The notes under the pieces: model-generated | The model's input: the letters and a program-made list of their open reading frames with translations, nothing else | Database searches by the model: none | What the model was told of the DNA's origin: nothing | NCBI RefSeq assembly: GCF_001194135.2 | Contig: NC_069008.1 | Location: forward strand, 12,682,155 to 12,746,154 | Source of the DNA: Octopus bimaculoides | Taxonomy: Eukaryota | DNA: 64,000 bases | Direction: 5' to 3' | Translations under genes and position numbers: made by a program | Shown: positions 25,551 to 37,305 of the stretch, piece after piece | How the letters are laid out: every line of letters starts with the position of its first letter | How positions within the stretch are numbered: position 1 is the first letter of the stretch

Positions 25551-26561
25551 ATGTCGAACAAGAATAAGTTTGAATCAGAACCACAGTTTAAAAGTATTGA
25601 TTTACATTGTGATATGAATAAAGAGAAAGGGAAAACATCAGACCACTGTGATATCTGTGGGAAATCATTCTCTGAAAGTTGTAACTTAATAACACACAAA
25701 TACATTCATACAGATTTGAAATCATATCATTGTGATGTTTATGGTAAATCATTCTCTCAAAGCAGTCGCTTAACTGAACAAATACAAAGTCACAAAACAG
25801 AGAAACCATATCAGTGTGACATCTGTGGTAAATCATTCTCTTATAGAAATAACATAGCTGCCCACAAGCGTATTCATACAGGTGAGAAACCATATTGTTG
25901 TGATGTCTGTGGTAAATCATTTTCTCGAAATGGTCAATTAACTAGACACAAACAAAATCATACAGGGGAGAAATTATATCGCTGTGATGTCTGTGGTAAA
26001 TCATTCTCTCAAAGTGGTGACTTAACTGGACACAAACGAAGTCATACAGGAGAGAGACCATATCAGTGTGATATCTGTGGTAAATCGTTCTTTCAAAATT
26101 ATAAATTAACTACCCACAAACGGAGTCATACAGGAGAAAAACCGTATCTCTGTGATATCTGTGGTAGGTCATTCACTCAAAACGGTACTTTAACTGAACA
26201 CAAACAAATCCATACAGGAAAGAAACTATATCACTGTGGTGTCTGTGGTAAATCATTCTCTGTACATAAAGTCTTAACTAATCATATGCGTATTCATACA
26301 GGTGAGAAACCATATAAGTGTGATATCTGTGGTAAATCATTCTCTGTAAATAGTGTCTTAACCACACATAAACGTACTCATACAGGAGAGAAGCCATATC
26401 AGTGTGATATCTGTGCGAAATCATTCTCTCAAAGTGTTCATTTAACTAAGCACAAACGTATTCACACAGGAGAAAAACCTTATTGCTGTGATATTTGTGG
26501 TAAATCATTCTCTCAAAGGATTCACTTAACAAGACATGTAGCTATTCATGTAGGACAATAG
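25551..26561 (+). CDS. C2H2 zinc-finger protein C (336 aa; 10 intact fingers plus one degenerate)
   Basis: ATG start, leader with [13 protein letters not shown]-linked fingers, AATAAA at 26602-26607. Confidence 0.9.
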   Translation: MSNKNKFESEPQFKSIDLHCDMNKEKGKTSDHCDICGKSFSESCNLITHKYIHTDLKSYHCDVYGKSFSQSSRLTEQIQSHKTEKPYQCDICGKSFSYRNNIAAHKRIHTGEKPYCCDVCGKSFSRNGQLTRHKQNHTGEKLYRCDVCGKSFSQSGDLTGHKRSHTGERPYQCDICGKSFFQNYKLTTHKRSHTGEKPYLCDICGRSFTQNGTLTEHKQIHTGKKLYHCGVCGKSFSVHKVLTNHMRIHTGEKPYKCDICGKSFSVNSVLTTHKRTHTGEKPYQCDICAKSFSQSVHLTKHKRIHTGEKPYCCDICGKSFSQRIHLTRHVAIHVGQ

Positions 26562-27340
26562 CTACATCAGTGTCATTATTGAGGCTGTCAAGGATAGTTT
26601 CAATAAATCTTGAATTGATCTTGTCTAATTTTTAATACAACTTTATTAGCCTTTATTCCCTAAATTCATGCTAATGCCCTCTGTATCTTATCTTTCTTGG
26701 TTCCCCCTTTTTTGTTTACCATAAATTATCATCATCATTTACATCCATTTTTCATAACAGCATGGGCTGAATGGTTCCACAAGATCCAGTGAGCTGTAAG
26801 GCAACATCAAGCTCCAGTGCCAGGCGTGGCATGGTTTCTATGCTATTCCTATCACCAACGACTTAACTATGTGTGATGGGTGCCTTTTAAGTGGCACTGG
26901 CACTAGAGAAGAAAGGAACAAGGAGGAAGGAAAGGGGGAAGGAAGATAAAAAAGAAGGAAGCTTCATCCTTGACTATAAGTGGGGAGGAGCGATAGATCT
27001 ATGGCAGCTGTTGAAAGGCTAGAAGTACAAGTCAAGATGTCTACCTATCTACATTATATATATATATATATATATAAGGTTATGAAGGGTATTGGATTCA
27101 ACCAAACCCAAAGATACAGGTAATACCGAGTAAGTGCTGAATACCGGCTAGTTTTGCCCCTTTCATTGTATAAACATGAGTGGGGAATATAACATAGGTC
27201 GTGTATTAGTGTGTATGTATAAAGAGAGAAAAGGATAAAGAGAACAATGGCAAAGTTAGAAATATATTTTATGGATAAAGTCTTACAGCTGTTTCAGGGA
27301 AAATCCANNNNNNNNNNTAGAAATATATTTTATGGATAAA

Positions 27341-27389
27341 GTCTTACAGCTGTTTCAGGGAAAATCCAATGTATCCCTTCATCAGAGAC
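27341..27389 (-). ncRNA. Minimal type I hammerhead ribozyme motif (canonical core)
   Basis: Minus strand: GUCU CUGAUGA AGGGA-loop-UCCCU GAAA C AGCU G UA / AGAC; stems I-III all pair. Confidence 0.8.
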
Positions 27390-27467
27390 GGTAATAGTAG
27401 AGGAATGGATTATTATAACTATAAGAGGAGAGTTGTAGTAGGAAGTGAGAGTGATGCTACTATTACC

Positions 27468-27516
27468 GTCTCCGATGAAGGGATACATTGGATTTTCCCC
27501 GAAACAGCTGTAAGAC
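27468..27516 (+). ncRNA. Minimal type I hammerhead motif (U4C core variant)
   Basis: GUCU CCGAUGA AGGGA-loop-UCCCC GAAA C AGCU G UA / AGAC; predicted cut after 27512. Confidence 0.65.
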
Positions 27517-27553
27517 TTTATCCATAAAATATATTTCTAACTTTTCTCTCTTT

Positions 27554-27587
<34 letters not shown>

Positions 27588-27614
27588 NNNNNNNNNNCTA
27601 ACTTTTCTCTCTTT

Positions 27615-27651
<37 letters not shown>

Positions 27652-27659
27652 CATACATG

Positions 27660-27785
27660 CAGGGTGTCCACAAAGTCTGGGTACATGGGGATTAACACAT
27701 GGGGTTTAAGAAATTATTTCTTATATTTAATTGTTTATGCTATGATTTTATTTACTCCATGTACCCAGACTTTGTGGACACCCTG
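27660..27785. mobile_element. Tc1/mariner-type MITE
   Basis: 29-bp perfect TIRs CAGGGTGTCCACAAAGTCTGGGTACATGG (27660-27688, 27757-27785); TA on the right flank. Confidence 0.9.
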
Positions 27786-28469
27786 TATGTATGCAGCTAC
27801 CTATCATATTAAATGATGATGATGATATATACACAAAGACTATATGTACACATCTGGTTTCACCAGTCCTCAGTCAAATCGTCCAACCCATGCTAGCATG
27901 GAAAGCGGACGTTAAACGATGATGATGATGATATATCATCTTCATGGCTGTCCCTCAAGGTCAAGGATGATGGGGTCTTCATGCATAATTATTTCCTTTC
28001 TTTGTGAATTACCCCCTTATCTATCGAATAAAAGGCAGAAGGGAGGATGATAAAAGATGCTCCAGTGCGGGCAACGCTGAAGAAGACAGTGAAAGCGGTA
28101 TTTTAATCTGCCTTTCGGATGATGATTTTTCCCTCCTCTCACCACCACTATTGTTCCTACACTGGAGAAGGAGGAAGAGAGGAATGAAAATATAAAGCAG
28201 AAAAACATTTGCACTGACACCACCACCACCACCAACAGCACCACCACAAACACTAACAACAATGGCAACAAACCAGACAGTAACGGGTTCACCTCCATGG
28301 CAAAACAAACAAAAGAAGAACTCAATTTAACAATTGATGACATTAAAACTGTAAAGGATTTGTTAATGAAGGAGGGAAACAATGTCTTCTTTAACACCCC
28401 ACAAAGAAATAATAAATGAAACAAACAGAAAAACAGTAATATTCAATTCTATATTTAAGAGATGCAGAA

Positions 28470-28726
28470 TTATGTACATTATTTACATTTGACCGAAATT
28501 TGTCCTCATCTTGTTTGTTGTTAACATAACGTTTCGGCTGATATACCCTCCAGCCTTCATCAGGTGTCTTGGGGAAATTTCGAACCTGGGTTCCCATTCC
28601 TAAGGTATTTTTCGATGTTATTATTATTAGTATTATTATTATTGTTCAGGTCACTGCTTGGAATTGAACTTGGAATCTTGGGGTTAGTAGCCCGCACTCT
28701 TAACCACTATGCCAAATGCCCGTGGG
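28470..28726 (-). mobile_element. tRNA-headed SINE whose 3' part carries a hammerhead-like motif
   Basis: Head CCCACGGGCATTTGGCATAGTGGTTAAGAG...AGTTCAATTCC (A and B boxes), (AAT)n linker, then GACACCTGATGAAGGCTG...CAGCCGAAACGTT. Confidence 0.75.
28523..28568 (-). ncRNA. Ultra-minimal hammerhead-like motif with palindromic AACGUU stem III
   Basis: GACAC CUGAUGA A GGCUG-loop-CAGCC GAAA CG UU / AUGUU; stem I has one C-A mismatch next to the core and one G-U pair. Confidence 0.55.
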
Positions 28727-29769
28727 CAATTATGGAGTGAATTTTAGGGTTCAGAGTCTGGTTTGGTCTGGACCTCCAAGTGGAGAAATACTGAGATGAG
28801 GTGATGAACAGGGTGGCCAGTCTCACCTTGAAATTTACTGAGGAAGCTGTCCCTGAAAGTTCGAGCTAAGGTGGTGAATGCGTACATTGCATCTGTCATC
28901 TATTACTGCTTGACCATCATCTCTTGCCCACGCAAAATATTCGACTTTCTGTTTTTTTCTTAATGAAACGCATGCAGTTGTACTTCTGAAAATTTACCAA
29001 AAAATACAAATCCAAAACCGGGAGAAAAAAGAGGAAGAAAGAAAGAAAAAAACAACACATCAATTCAACAATCAGTTATTACTTTCTCACTGCTGGTTAA
29101 AATAGTTATTTGTATTTCTCCATAAATTTATTTGTTTACCATCCTCCAATCTATGTTTATTGTGACTAAACTTATTTCTTAGTGCCATTCACAGCAAAAC
29201 TTAAAACACCAATGTATGTGTATGGGGAAACGACACGTACTAAATCATCTTCACAGTCACCTGGGTAAACGCACTCTCCATCTGAGTAATTACTTTTGAG
29301 AAACATTTAAATTAAAAATGACACTTCAAAGCGAGACTTATACCTCCTCCTTTAAAAACGTATTCAGAATGATGGTACCAAATGATATTGTACCATCCGT
29401 CACAATACTAAGTTTATCCGATATTGAGATATATACGGAATTCCCCTGATTTTGTGTCTTAAGTAATTTTTTTTTTATAATTCCACTACATTTAAAAAGT
29501 CGATGTTTGTGAATTATCCGATTTCACCCCATATTTTTTTATCACTTTATTTTAAGTAAAATATTTTGATATACCGCATTTTAACGTGTATAAGGAACCC
29601 ACTTAAATTTGGAAAAAAGGTTTTGTAAGGGACTATAATACTATCTATGTATAAAAAACGCCCATATTTTAAAACCTAATTTTTGATTAAAAAAAAGAAA
29701 AGAAAAGGAAAAAGGATTCCTTATGCCCGTTAAAATACCGTAATACATATATTTTCTTTTGGAAGCTTA

Positions 29770-30776
29770 TAAAGAGAAACTAAGTACATTTCGCCGTTTG
29801 TATTTCCGAGTCGGTTTTTATAATTTCTATTGTGAAAGTTAATTTCGTGTTGAATGGCGCCTTGAAACATACATTTGATGTAATTCAAGATATTTCATTA
29901 GAAACACAGATTTATGCTGCATAACAGGTAAGATATAATAATACAAATATTTTCGTAAAAGTAGTTGGACATGGGTTAGGTAAAACCTTGTTGCTTGGCA
30001 GACATTGATAGTAATTCTATTCTCCATCCTTTGTCTCATGATTAGACATGAGTACACGTGTGTCAAAAATAAATATTTTAAAATAAGACGTTTAACAAAT
30101 GCCCTGTAGATTGTGTACATTACGATTTTATCGGAACTTGATGTTTGACAAGAAAATTCACAAATTTTGTAAGACGTATGAGGAAACAAAGTCGTGGTTT
30201 GTGAATTGTCCGATTTCACCCCATATTTTGTTTTCACATTAGATTCCCACATAATCATAATCTACACTACCGGAAACTGATTTGTGGAAAAAAAAATTAT
30301 CAAATAATTACCTAGTTTTTACGAAGTTAAAAAGTCGAAACTCCTCTACACCCTTCCGAAAAATGTTTCACAAATTCTGTTATAGCCCCAATTTGCATCC
30401 TCTAAAATATATCTGGGAATTTTCGGTAAGAGATAAGTATTTTGCTGAAAGTAATGAAGAAACATAATTAGTGCGGCACACATCTGTAGTTATGCCCAGA
30501 TTTAATCAATAACAAGATCGAGTATATTCTGGACGATTCTCTCAACTACGATGTGTGATTGTATAGAAATATAATGTCAAGATAATTTCTGTTAATGAAC
30601 GCGTAATAATGGATTGGTAAGCATTTCTATTCCTTCACTCTGAAAATATATTAAATATTTTTCTTTTTGCATATTCATATTGTCATTCAAATCTCTGTTC
30701 TCTCATAACACAAAAATCTTTGACATTCCATATACCGACCACGTATGATTCATAAGTTACTATATATGAAAATATC
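29770..30776 (+). promoter_or_regulatory. Conserved ZNF 5' cassette copy 3 (donor GT at 29928), no adjacent coding exon
   Basis: AAGCTTATAAAGAGAAACTAAGTACATTTCGCCGTTTGTATTTCCGAGTC ... GCATAACAG|GTAAGA; ends abruptly at an LTR-like repeat. Confidence 0.6.
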
Positions 30777-31439
30777 TGTAACGGTTATAGGATGTTGTGT
30801 GTTGAGTAGTCGATGTGTCACCCATTGTAACGATAAGTATTATTTACCAATTGTACTGGTTAGAAGATGAACGATGAAGATGATCAACATTTTTACAGAA
30901 ATGTTTATTTACCGTTACTTTATATGTTGCCATACCACGACGGGTAGGCCAGTGTAATAGTATAACAGTTTGTACGTAAAACATACAAGGTTAACAATTT
31001 CGGCCTGTATCTGTATGTACACTTTTTCATAGTAGTAATTATATATAGAGAGAGATGGTAGGGTTATAGAGAAAAGGGTGCGAGCTCGTATTAGTTATAA
31101 TGTGTGCGCCATTGTCTCACAGTGGTTGACAGTAAACTTTCTCCCTCTGCCAAGGTTGTAGCTGGTCAGCCAGGCTTCGTTCTCCATGAGTCGTCAAGTG
31201 ACCACTGGTGACTAAAAAATTTGAAAGAGGAAGTTTGCTTGGAGGTCTCCTGTTTTTATAGCTATGAAGCAGGGTAGTGAGTGCAAAGGATTTAGCTGGC
31301 GGCCTTGTTTATCTCTATTCTAGATGGAGTAGAAGAGGTCAGAAAGGGGTCAAGTGGTGGAGACACCGCTTCAGCCTAGCTATTCAAATTTGGGTATAGT
31401 GGATCGAATCCACTTCACGCCTGCCAGATTCCTATATCA
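30777..31439 (-). repeat. LTR-like repeat
   Basis: Minus strand TG...ACA termini, TATAAAAA near 31255, AATAAA near 30905, purine run GAGGAAAG immediately 5'; homologous to 40863-41709. Confidence 0.65.
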
Positions 31440-32209
31440 CTTTCCTCGACAGTAAGCTTCGTGGGAGGGAAGCGAACGAACAAACGAGACAAAGAAATGC
31501 ATGATAAATGCCCTGGAATGGTTGAGGAGAAATTTGGCCAGCCGGTGCATGAGGTACTATAAGCCTCGATCGTGCAGGAATAAAAGTGTGGCATGCTGGC
31601 GCGTTGTAAGAGACAGACAACTTTCTCTATGTATGCGTGACCAGCCTCGGGTCTTACAGAGATGAGTTGTGTCTACAAGGGCGCATTGAGCATGTGAAAA
31701 CAGGCGACGTAGGCATGTGTGGTGCATGAATGTGACAGAGTTAGCATTTGTGTATATATGAACCATGTGTGCAGATGCGTGTGCCAGGCCAGGCACTAAG
31801 GAAAAGGTGCATGCGGGTGTGTATGCAACAATACATTTTCAAAGTGAACGAGAAAAAAAAAAAGGGTACATGCAAAATATGAATCAAATTGAGAAGGCAT
31901 GCAGACAAAAAAATTCAGGTTATGAGTAAAGGCGGTGCTCCAGCATGGCTGCAGTCAAATGACTGAAACAAGTAAAAGGGTAAACGTTCTGTTCATGAAT
32001 AAAATGTTCAGTTCATGAATAAAATGTTCAGTTCATTTGAGTCTGATTGAATAAGCAGATTAATTTTGATTTAATATGAGAAACAGAAAATTGAATTAAT
32101 GTGATATAAGTGTTACAGGTATGGTCCTTGTGAAGTTCAGTTGAAAGAAAAAATATAATTAAATTTTGTAGCTGTTCGTGTGGAAATTAAAGCATTGGTG
32201 CCTGTAAAT

Positions 32210-33943
32210 CACTCACCTGGGATCTTTTTGAAATAGCAAACTTGTATGTATTTTGCTGGCCAGCGAACTCTTCGCCCGCTTCTTGTTCGAGGGTGCTGTG
32301 AAGACGTTGAAGTACTTGCGGGAGGTGTTGACGAAACTGTGTCGGTTTGGTTCAGAGTGGACGATGATGCGAAGAATTCAGGTTCGACGATAGCTTTCTT
32401 AAGTCGATTGATACTAATAGTATTTGGCTTGCCATTTCTGTCAACGAGGAAGTATTTTTCCTTTCTCTGTAGTACTCTGTAGGGTCCAGAATACGGTGGA
32501 TGGATTTGCGATGGTATTCCATCGTTCCGGATAAAAACGAGCGTCCATTGGTTAATGTCCGAGGGAACATATAAGTGTCGGTTTTCTGCAAACGGGGTGC
32601 ATTAGGTGAGAGATGGGACATATGTACTCGGAGACGATGTACATAAAATGTGGGATCAGGAATATCCCTTGGAGGAACTGGAGCAATCATTTGCCCAGGC
32701 AGGGCCAGAGTGGTGCCGTAAACTAACTCAGCCGAGGAGTGACCAATGTCGTCCTTAACGGATATACGGATACCGAGCAGAATAAGAGGAAGGAATTCCA
32801 TCCATTTGTTTATATCTGGGCATGCACGTATGGCTGCTTTTAATTGCCTGTGAAATCTCTCTGTCATGCCGTTTGCCGCTGGGTGATACGCTGTTGTACG
32901 GCAGTGCTTGGAACCGATCAGGCACGTGAGTTCACTAAAAAGGCGCAAATCGAATTGCCGTGATGGTCGCGGGGGACACCAAAGCGCGATACCCATTGAT
33001 TAATGTCGAGGCATAAAGAAATCTGACCGAATGTGGCTATGGGAGATGAGTCAATAGCGTGCAGAATAATAGAAGAGTGTTTTGGCTTGTCTGTAGTGAG
33101 ACGAAGAGGCCAAATGCTACAAGAACCAGTGTGAACCATGAACAATTTTTTCGACACCAGATCTTTCACAAAGAATGCAGGATAAGTAGAAAGGGAAGAG
33201 GAGGAAGTTGACGTGCCCAACTCCTCTGAAGCTAGTTTAACTGTTTGAAACTACAAGGCTGGATGCACTTGTGCGCTTTATCTGCAAGTTTGGAGTGGTA
33301 CCAACACAGCCCGGAGTGTGACCGAGAGGCAGAATGACCGCGACTACGCAAACGGGAAAAGCGCTTACTACTGCGGCACAACGCGTCCATCCTTTTAGTA
33401 AGAGCGTCCAGCTTGGCAGAAAGGTCATCATATGATGAAAGAGAAGATTTAGCTGAGGCTGCTGAAGGGGCCTCAGAGCAGATGCAAGCCCCACGCGACG
33501 ATGGCTGTGCAGAGAATCCAAGTATCTTATCCACCATAGTAGCGATTTGGTCCACAGTGTTGGACTCAAGGGCTGTGGCCAGAATAATTTGAAGGTTGGA
33601 AGGCAACCTTGAAAAGAAAATCTTCCTAAGAAGAGGCGTGTCAGCGGCTCAAAAATTGTGACTGGGTTTTGTCTCCTAACTGTTCGTCTGCCATTAACTC
33701 ATTAAATCTACTTTGCTCAGACCTGGTGTTGCAGCGCAGAATCTCCGCTTTGATAGACGCACAGGTGGTGTCTGGGCTAGGATCTGTAATGGGATCTCTA
33801 GACGTGGTGAGTCGAGGAGGCATGCTACAATAGAGGAGTTGTAGTTGTTGGATTGCTGAAAGGCCGTGAGCTGAAAAATGTGCTTCTAATTGTGCAAACC
33901 ACTGTGTCACATCTGTAAATACAGGTAACAATGGGAGAGACAT
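32210..33943 (-). mobile_element. Ty3/Gypsy internal region (gag, protease relic, integrase C-half); RT/RNase H absent
   Basis: Gag WFAQLEAHF...SEQSRFNELMADEQLGDK and CWYHSKLADKAHKCIQPC; protease-like FFVKDLVSKKLFMVHTGS; integrase WVSRFGVP and TTAYHPAANGMTERFHRQLKAA. Confidence 0.9.
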
Positions 33944-35189
33944 GATAAAGTCTGTTTAATCATAATTTGTGAAGGAGTTCTTCACAGGTTAGCCAACGTC
34001 GTACGACTGACTCCTTCAGAACTCCAGCTACACAGACTTGGTCAATTTGTGAACGTCTCAGGTCAGCAGCAGAGGCGAAGAGAGCTGCTGAGGACATGTC
34101 TGCATAGTTCAGCTGTTAGCGTCTCAAATCAGATATACAAGAGAACTCTGCTGCTGCTAGTTTTCTGTGCATGCATGCTGAAGACCCTCAAGATGATGTC
34201 ACTACACCCTCACCAGTCATTTTGTGGGAGACAAAATAGACAATAAAGGGAAGATATTTCTGTAGTGAAGAGGTAAAATTAGAAAGAACGGTTGGTCATT
34301 AAAGTAAAATGAAAGCTGGCACTGAGGTATGGAAAGGAATGTGTGTTCTAAGTCAGGTGAGCCATTTTAACAATGATAGAAGTGTAGGAAATGGGGTTGG
34401 CCCTGGGTGGGTGCCTCATGATTTCTTACATAGTTCGTGGAAGGAAATTAGCAGGAACAAGATCTCCGAACAAATAACAATAAAGATTTAAAAAATAAAA
34501 ATTAACAAACAAAAAGGAAATAAAAATTAACAAACAAAAAGGAAAAAAAAACAAAGTTCACAGTTAAATGTCTGTCCTCTGGCGTATTTGAACTCCTGAC
34601 CAGTCCTGTGTACTCCAATATAGGTAATCCAATAATGGTTCACAATTGGTGGTGCTCGTAGTATAATCCAGTTGTCGCAATTTTCAAATTTTTCCTTTTT
34701 TCAAAAATTGAATTTACAACACCGCTAAATTTGCCGTGTTCGAATTAAATGTCTTTTGGCCTATTCGAAATCCTGGCAATCCCAGGTAATCCAATATAGG
34801 TACTTCATAATGACTTTAGGCATAAAACAGATGTTCGCCGCGAACTTTGCAGCAAGCAACAAATAACCGTTTACAAAAAGTCTTCAGAAAAATCAAAAGA
34901 TAGAAAGAATTCTTGCAGCGAGGTAACGCCCTACTAAAACAAACGCAACTAAAGGAGAAAAAAAATGCTTCGAGGCCAGTGAAGATACCTTATTTGTAAA
35001 AATTAACAATAAAATAACGTAGCTCCACTGTACCCCAAAAACAAATTTCTCCTACCTTTTAGCTGCCTTACTAATTTCTTTCATGAACTCAGTCGACTTC
35101 AAAGTTCCATTTTGGATGGAGTTAAAAAACACCCTTCCACTCTGATCCTCGGGTCTACAGGAAGTAGCCAACGCGCAAGACAGGAAGTC

Positions 35190-36340
35190 AAGGGTAAGCG
35201 AGCTACTTGCCTCACTTCAAGCAGCATCACTTGCTTCCTTTTATCTTTTAAATTCTGTGTTTTTTAAAATATCAATTCCATATTCCTTGGTGTATGTTGT
35301 CAGGTATCATTTTTAAATCACAAATCACCCTCCAACAGTTATAACCATCCTTGTATTTCAATATTTCGTCTTTTTGACTGTCGGACACTAGAACACATGA
35401 ATGCCATCCTTCACTATTTGTCCCTCCTTTGACATGAACAAATCTTGCAGTCTTCCATTTCGATGTCTTATTGAGCAGTTTCCTTGTCCACACCTTCAGC
35501 CATCATACAAGCATAAGAATTTTCAGTGTGTTTGTGTTGGAGGGGAATGGGTGGGCTTGGTGTCTGTGGAGGAGGGTGGGACTGAGAAGGTATGGATGGG
35601 GTGGGTATGGTTTGGGGTTCTAATTCAATCTGTCCTTTCTTCCTCTTTTTCTTCCTTCAGCTACTTTCCACTGGTCTTCTTCATTCCTCTTTTCTTGCAC
35701 CTTATCCTGCTCCTTTCTAACTTCCTCCTGACTTCTCGTTTTCTGCAGAGGGCAGTATCCTCTAATGTAGCCTCTGTGTCCACATTTAAAGCAACAATGA
35801 GTTCTGCCCTCTACTCACACTCTCAACACTACATCTCCAATGGTCACTGTTTCAACTATATTTTCCAGAGTTTCTGTAGTGCTCTGTATGATCAAGTCCA
35901 ATGTTTGGCCCTTCCATACTGTATTTTCTGTTTCTGTGACTTGGAAGACTGCTATCTCTTCTTCATTTCCCAGAAGTACAGCCGCCGCAACTCAAGCCAC
36001 ATCTATTTCCGGTGGGATTTCCTCCACCCCGATCCTGGAAGTCCTTCCATGATATGTGCATAGTAGGACCACTTTATCTGACTTTACTGTGGTTACAGCA
36101 TATTCTTTTGCTTTTCCTGCTGTCTTGAAATGAACCACAATTATTCCATATCTGCTTCCTCTGGCAAGATATGTTATGTCTTGCCAGATGGAGCACAACA
36201 CCTTCTCTATTATTTCTACCTCAACATTTTCAATTTTCCTTTCTTCCAGGTGTAGAAATGGCTGGAAGAGTTTAACAACTTTACTAAAGTGGTTAGTATG
36301 CTGCCAAGGTAATCTGAGTTGTGGTGCACAAAGTAAATGT
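35190..36340 (-). mobile_element. Degenerate gag/ORF1-like retroelement copy (5'-truncated)
   Basis: YGIIVVHFKT...VVLLCTYHGRTSRIGVEEIP, TIGDVVLRV*VEGRTHCCFKCGHRGYIRGYC (knuckle-like); 3' region matches 54480-54730. Confidence 0.7.
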
Positions 36341-36584
36341 CAGCATGTCATTACGTGTGATAATAATCATTGGCCTGCTTGACAAACTCATGTTAACACG
36401 TTGACATCTCCACAGCAACTCTATCGGACGCTTGGAAAGACCGTGTTTTACTGTTGGGCGGAAGTTGCCACATGTATCCTTCTACAAACAGTAGTAAATG
36501 GATGAAACGGGCAAGTACGACTGTGCTATGTCGCCACACAGAATAGTGCCAACATATCTCACTACATACTCATATTATAAGCAG

Positions 36585-36800
36585 TGAGCTGGCAGAAGAG
36601 TTAGCACACTGGGAAAAATGCTTAATGGCATTTCATCCGTCTTTACATTCTGAGTTCAAATTCTGCCAGGGTTGACTTTACTTTTCATCCTTTCAGGGTT
36701 GATAAAATAAGTACTAGTTGAGCACTGAGGTTGATGTAATCGACTTAGTCCCTCCCACCAAATTGCTGGCTTTGTGCCGCCAAAATTTGAAACCAATAGA
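36585..36800 (+). mobile_element. tRNA-derived SINE (GAGCTGGCAGAA...GTTAGCAC family)
   Basis: GAGCTGGCAGAAGAGTTAGCACAC...TTCTGAGTTCAAATTCTGCC...GATAAAATAAGTAC; relatives at 50075-50290, 57975-58190 and 58712-58875. Confidence 0.8.
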
Positions 36801-36802
36801 CA

Positions 36803-36837
<35 letters not shown>

Positions 36838-36999
36838 ACAATATATATATATATGATGGACTCTTCATTGTATTCAACACATGAGCGCCAAGGAATTTTA
36901 CTTTCCTTTTTCTTAATCCACATTTTGGTCTTTGTGCCTTCTGTGAGACATTAGACGTAGACCTACTTTATTTTTACAAGCCAGACTGCATCCTTTATA

Positions 37000-37305
37000 C
37001 ACAAAACATTGAAAGGAAACTGCATTCTTTTGACCTTACAACTAAATTAATAAGACACTTCTTAAATGTTTCTGCAGTCATTGTTATTATTTTGTCAGAA
37101 ATAAAGCACTTTGTGACTTTGTTTGCTTTGCAGTTGATATTCTACCAACTGATGTTGAAGTATTTGGTTTTGCTTCTTGTCCTCTTGGACCTTTTGCACT
37201 TGTTTTATCCTTTTCAATCACTTTTTCTAAGACTTTTCGATGGAAGCACTCTAAATGTCTTTTCAAATTTCTTGCTCTTGAAGTAGTGTTTTTATTAGAA
37301 CCACT
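37000..37305 (-). mobile_element. BED-finger-like fragment of a second, unrelated transposon
   Basis: NTTSRARNLKRHLECFHRKVLEKVIEKD follows directly after the Buster YFPAED. Confidence 0.45.

Larger units (their letters stand above)
27214..27558. mobile_element. Inverted pair of Penelope-like terminal repeats
   Basis: Arms about 27318-27400 and 27457-27540 are reverse complements around a short purine-rich spacer; outer TATGTATAAAGAGAGAAAAG / CTTTTCTCTCTTTATACATA. Confidence 0.7.

Noticed and set aside
27257-27367. Apparent third, partial hammerhead copy and duplicated ends around 10-N gaps (also 27538-27650)
   Set aside because: About 50-bp exact duplications on both sides of tiny gaps are typical scaffolding artefacts.
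28645-28726. tRNA genes here and at 15160-15238, 16240-16311, 20365-20440 and 63653-63730
   Set aside because: A and B boxes are present but continue into repeat bodies with TSDs or tails; these are SINE heads.
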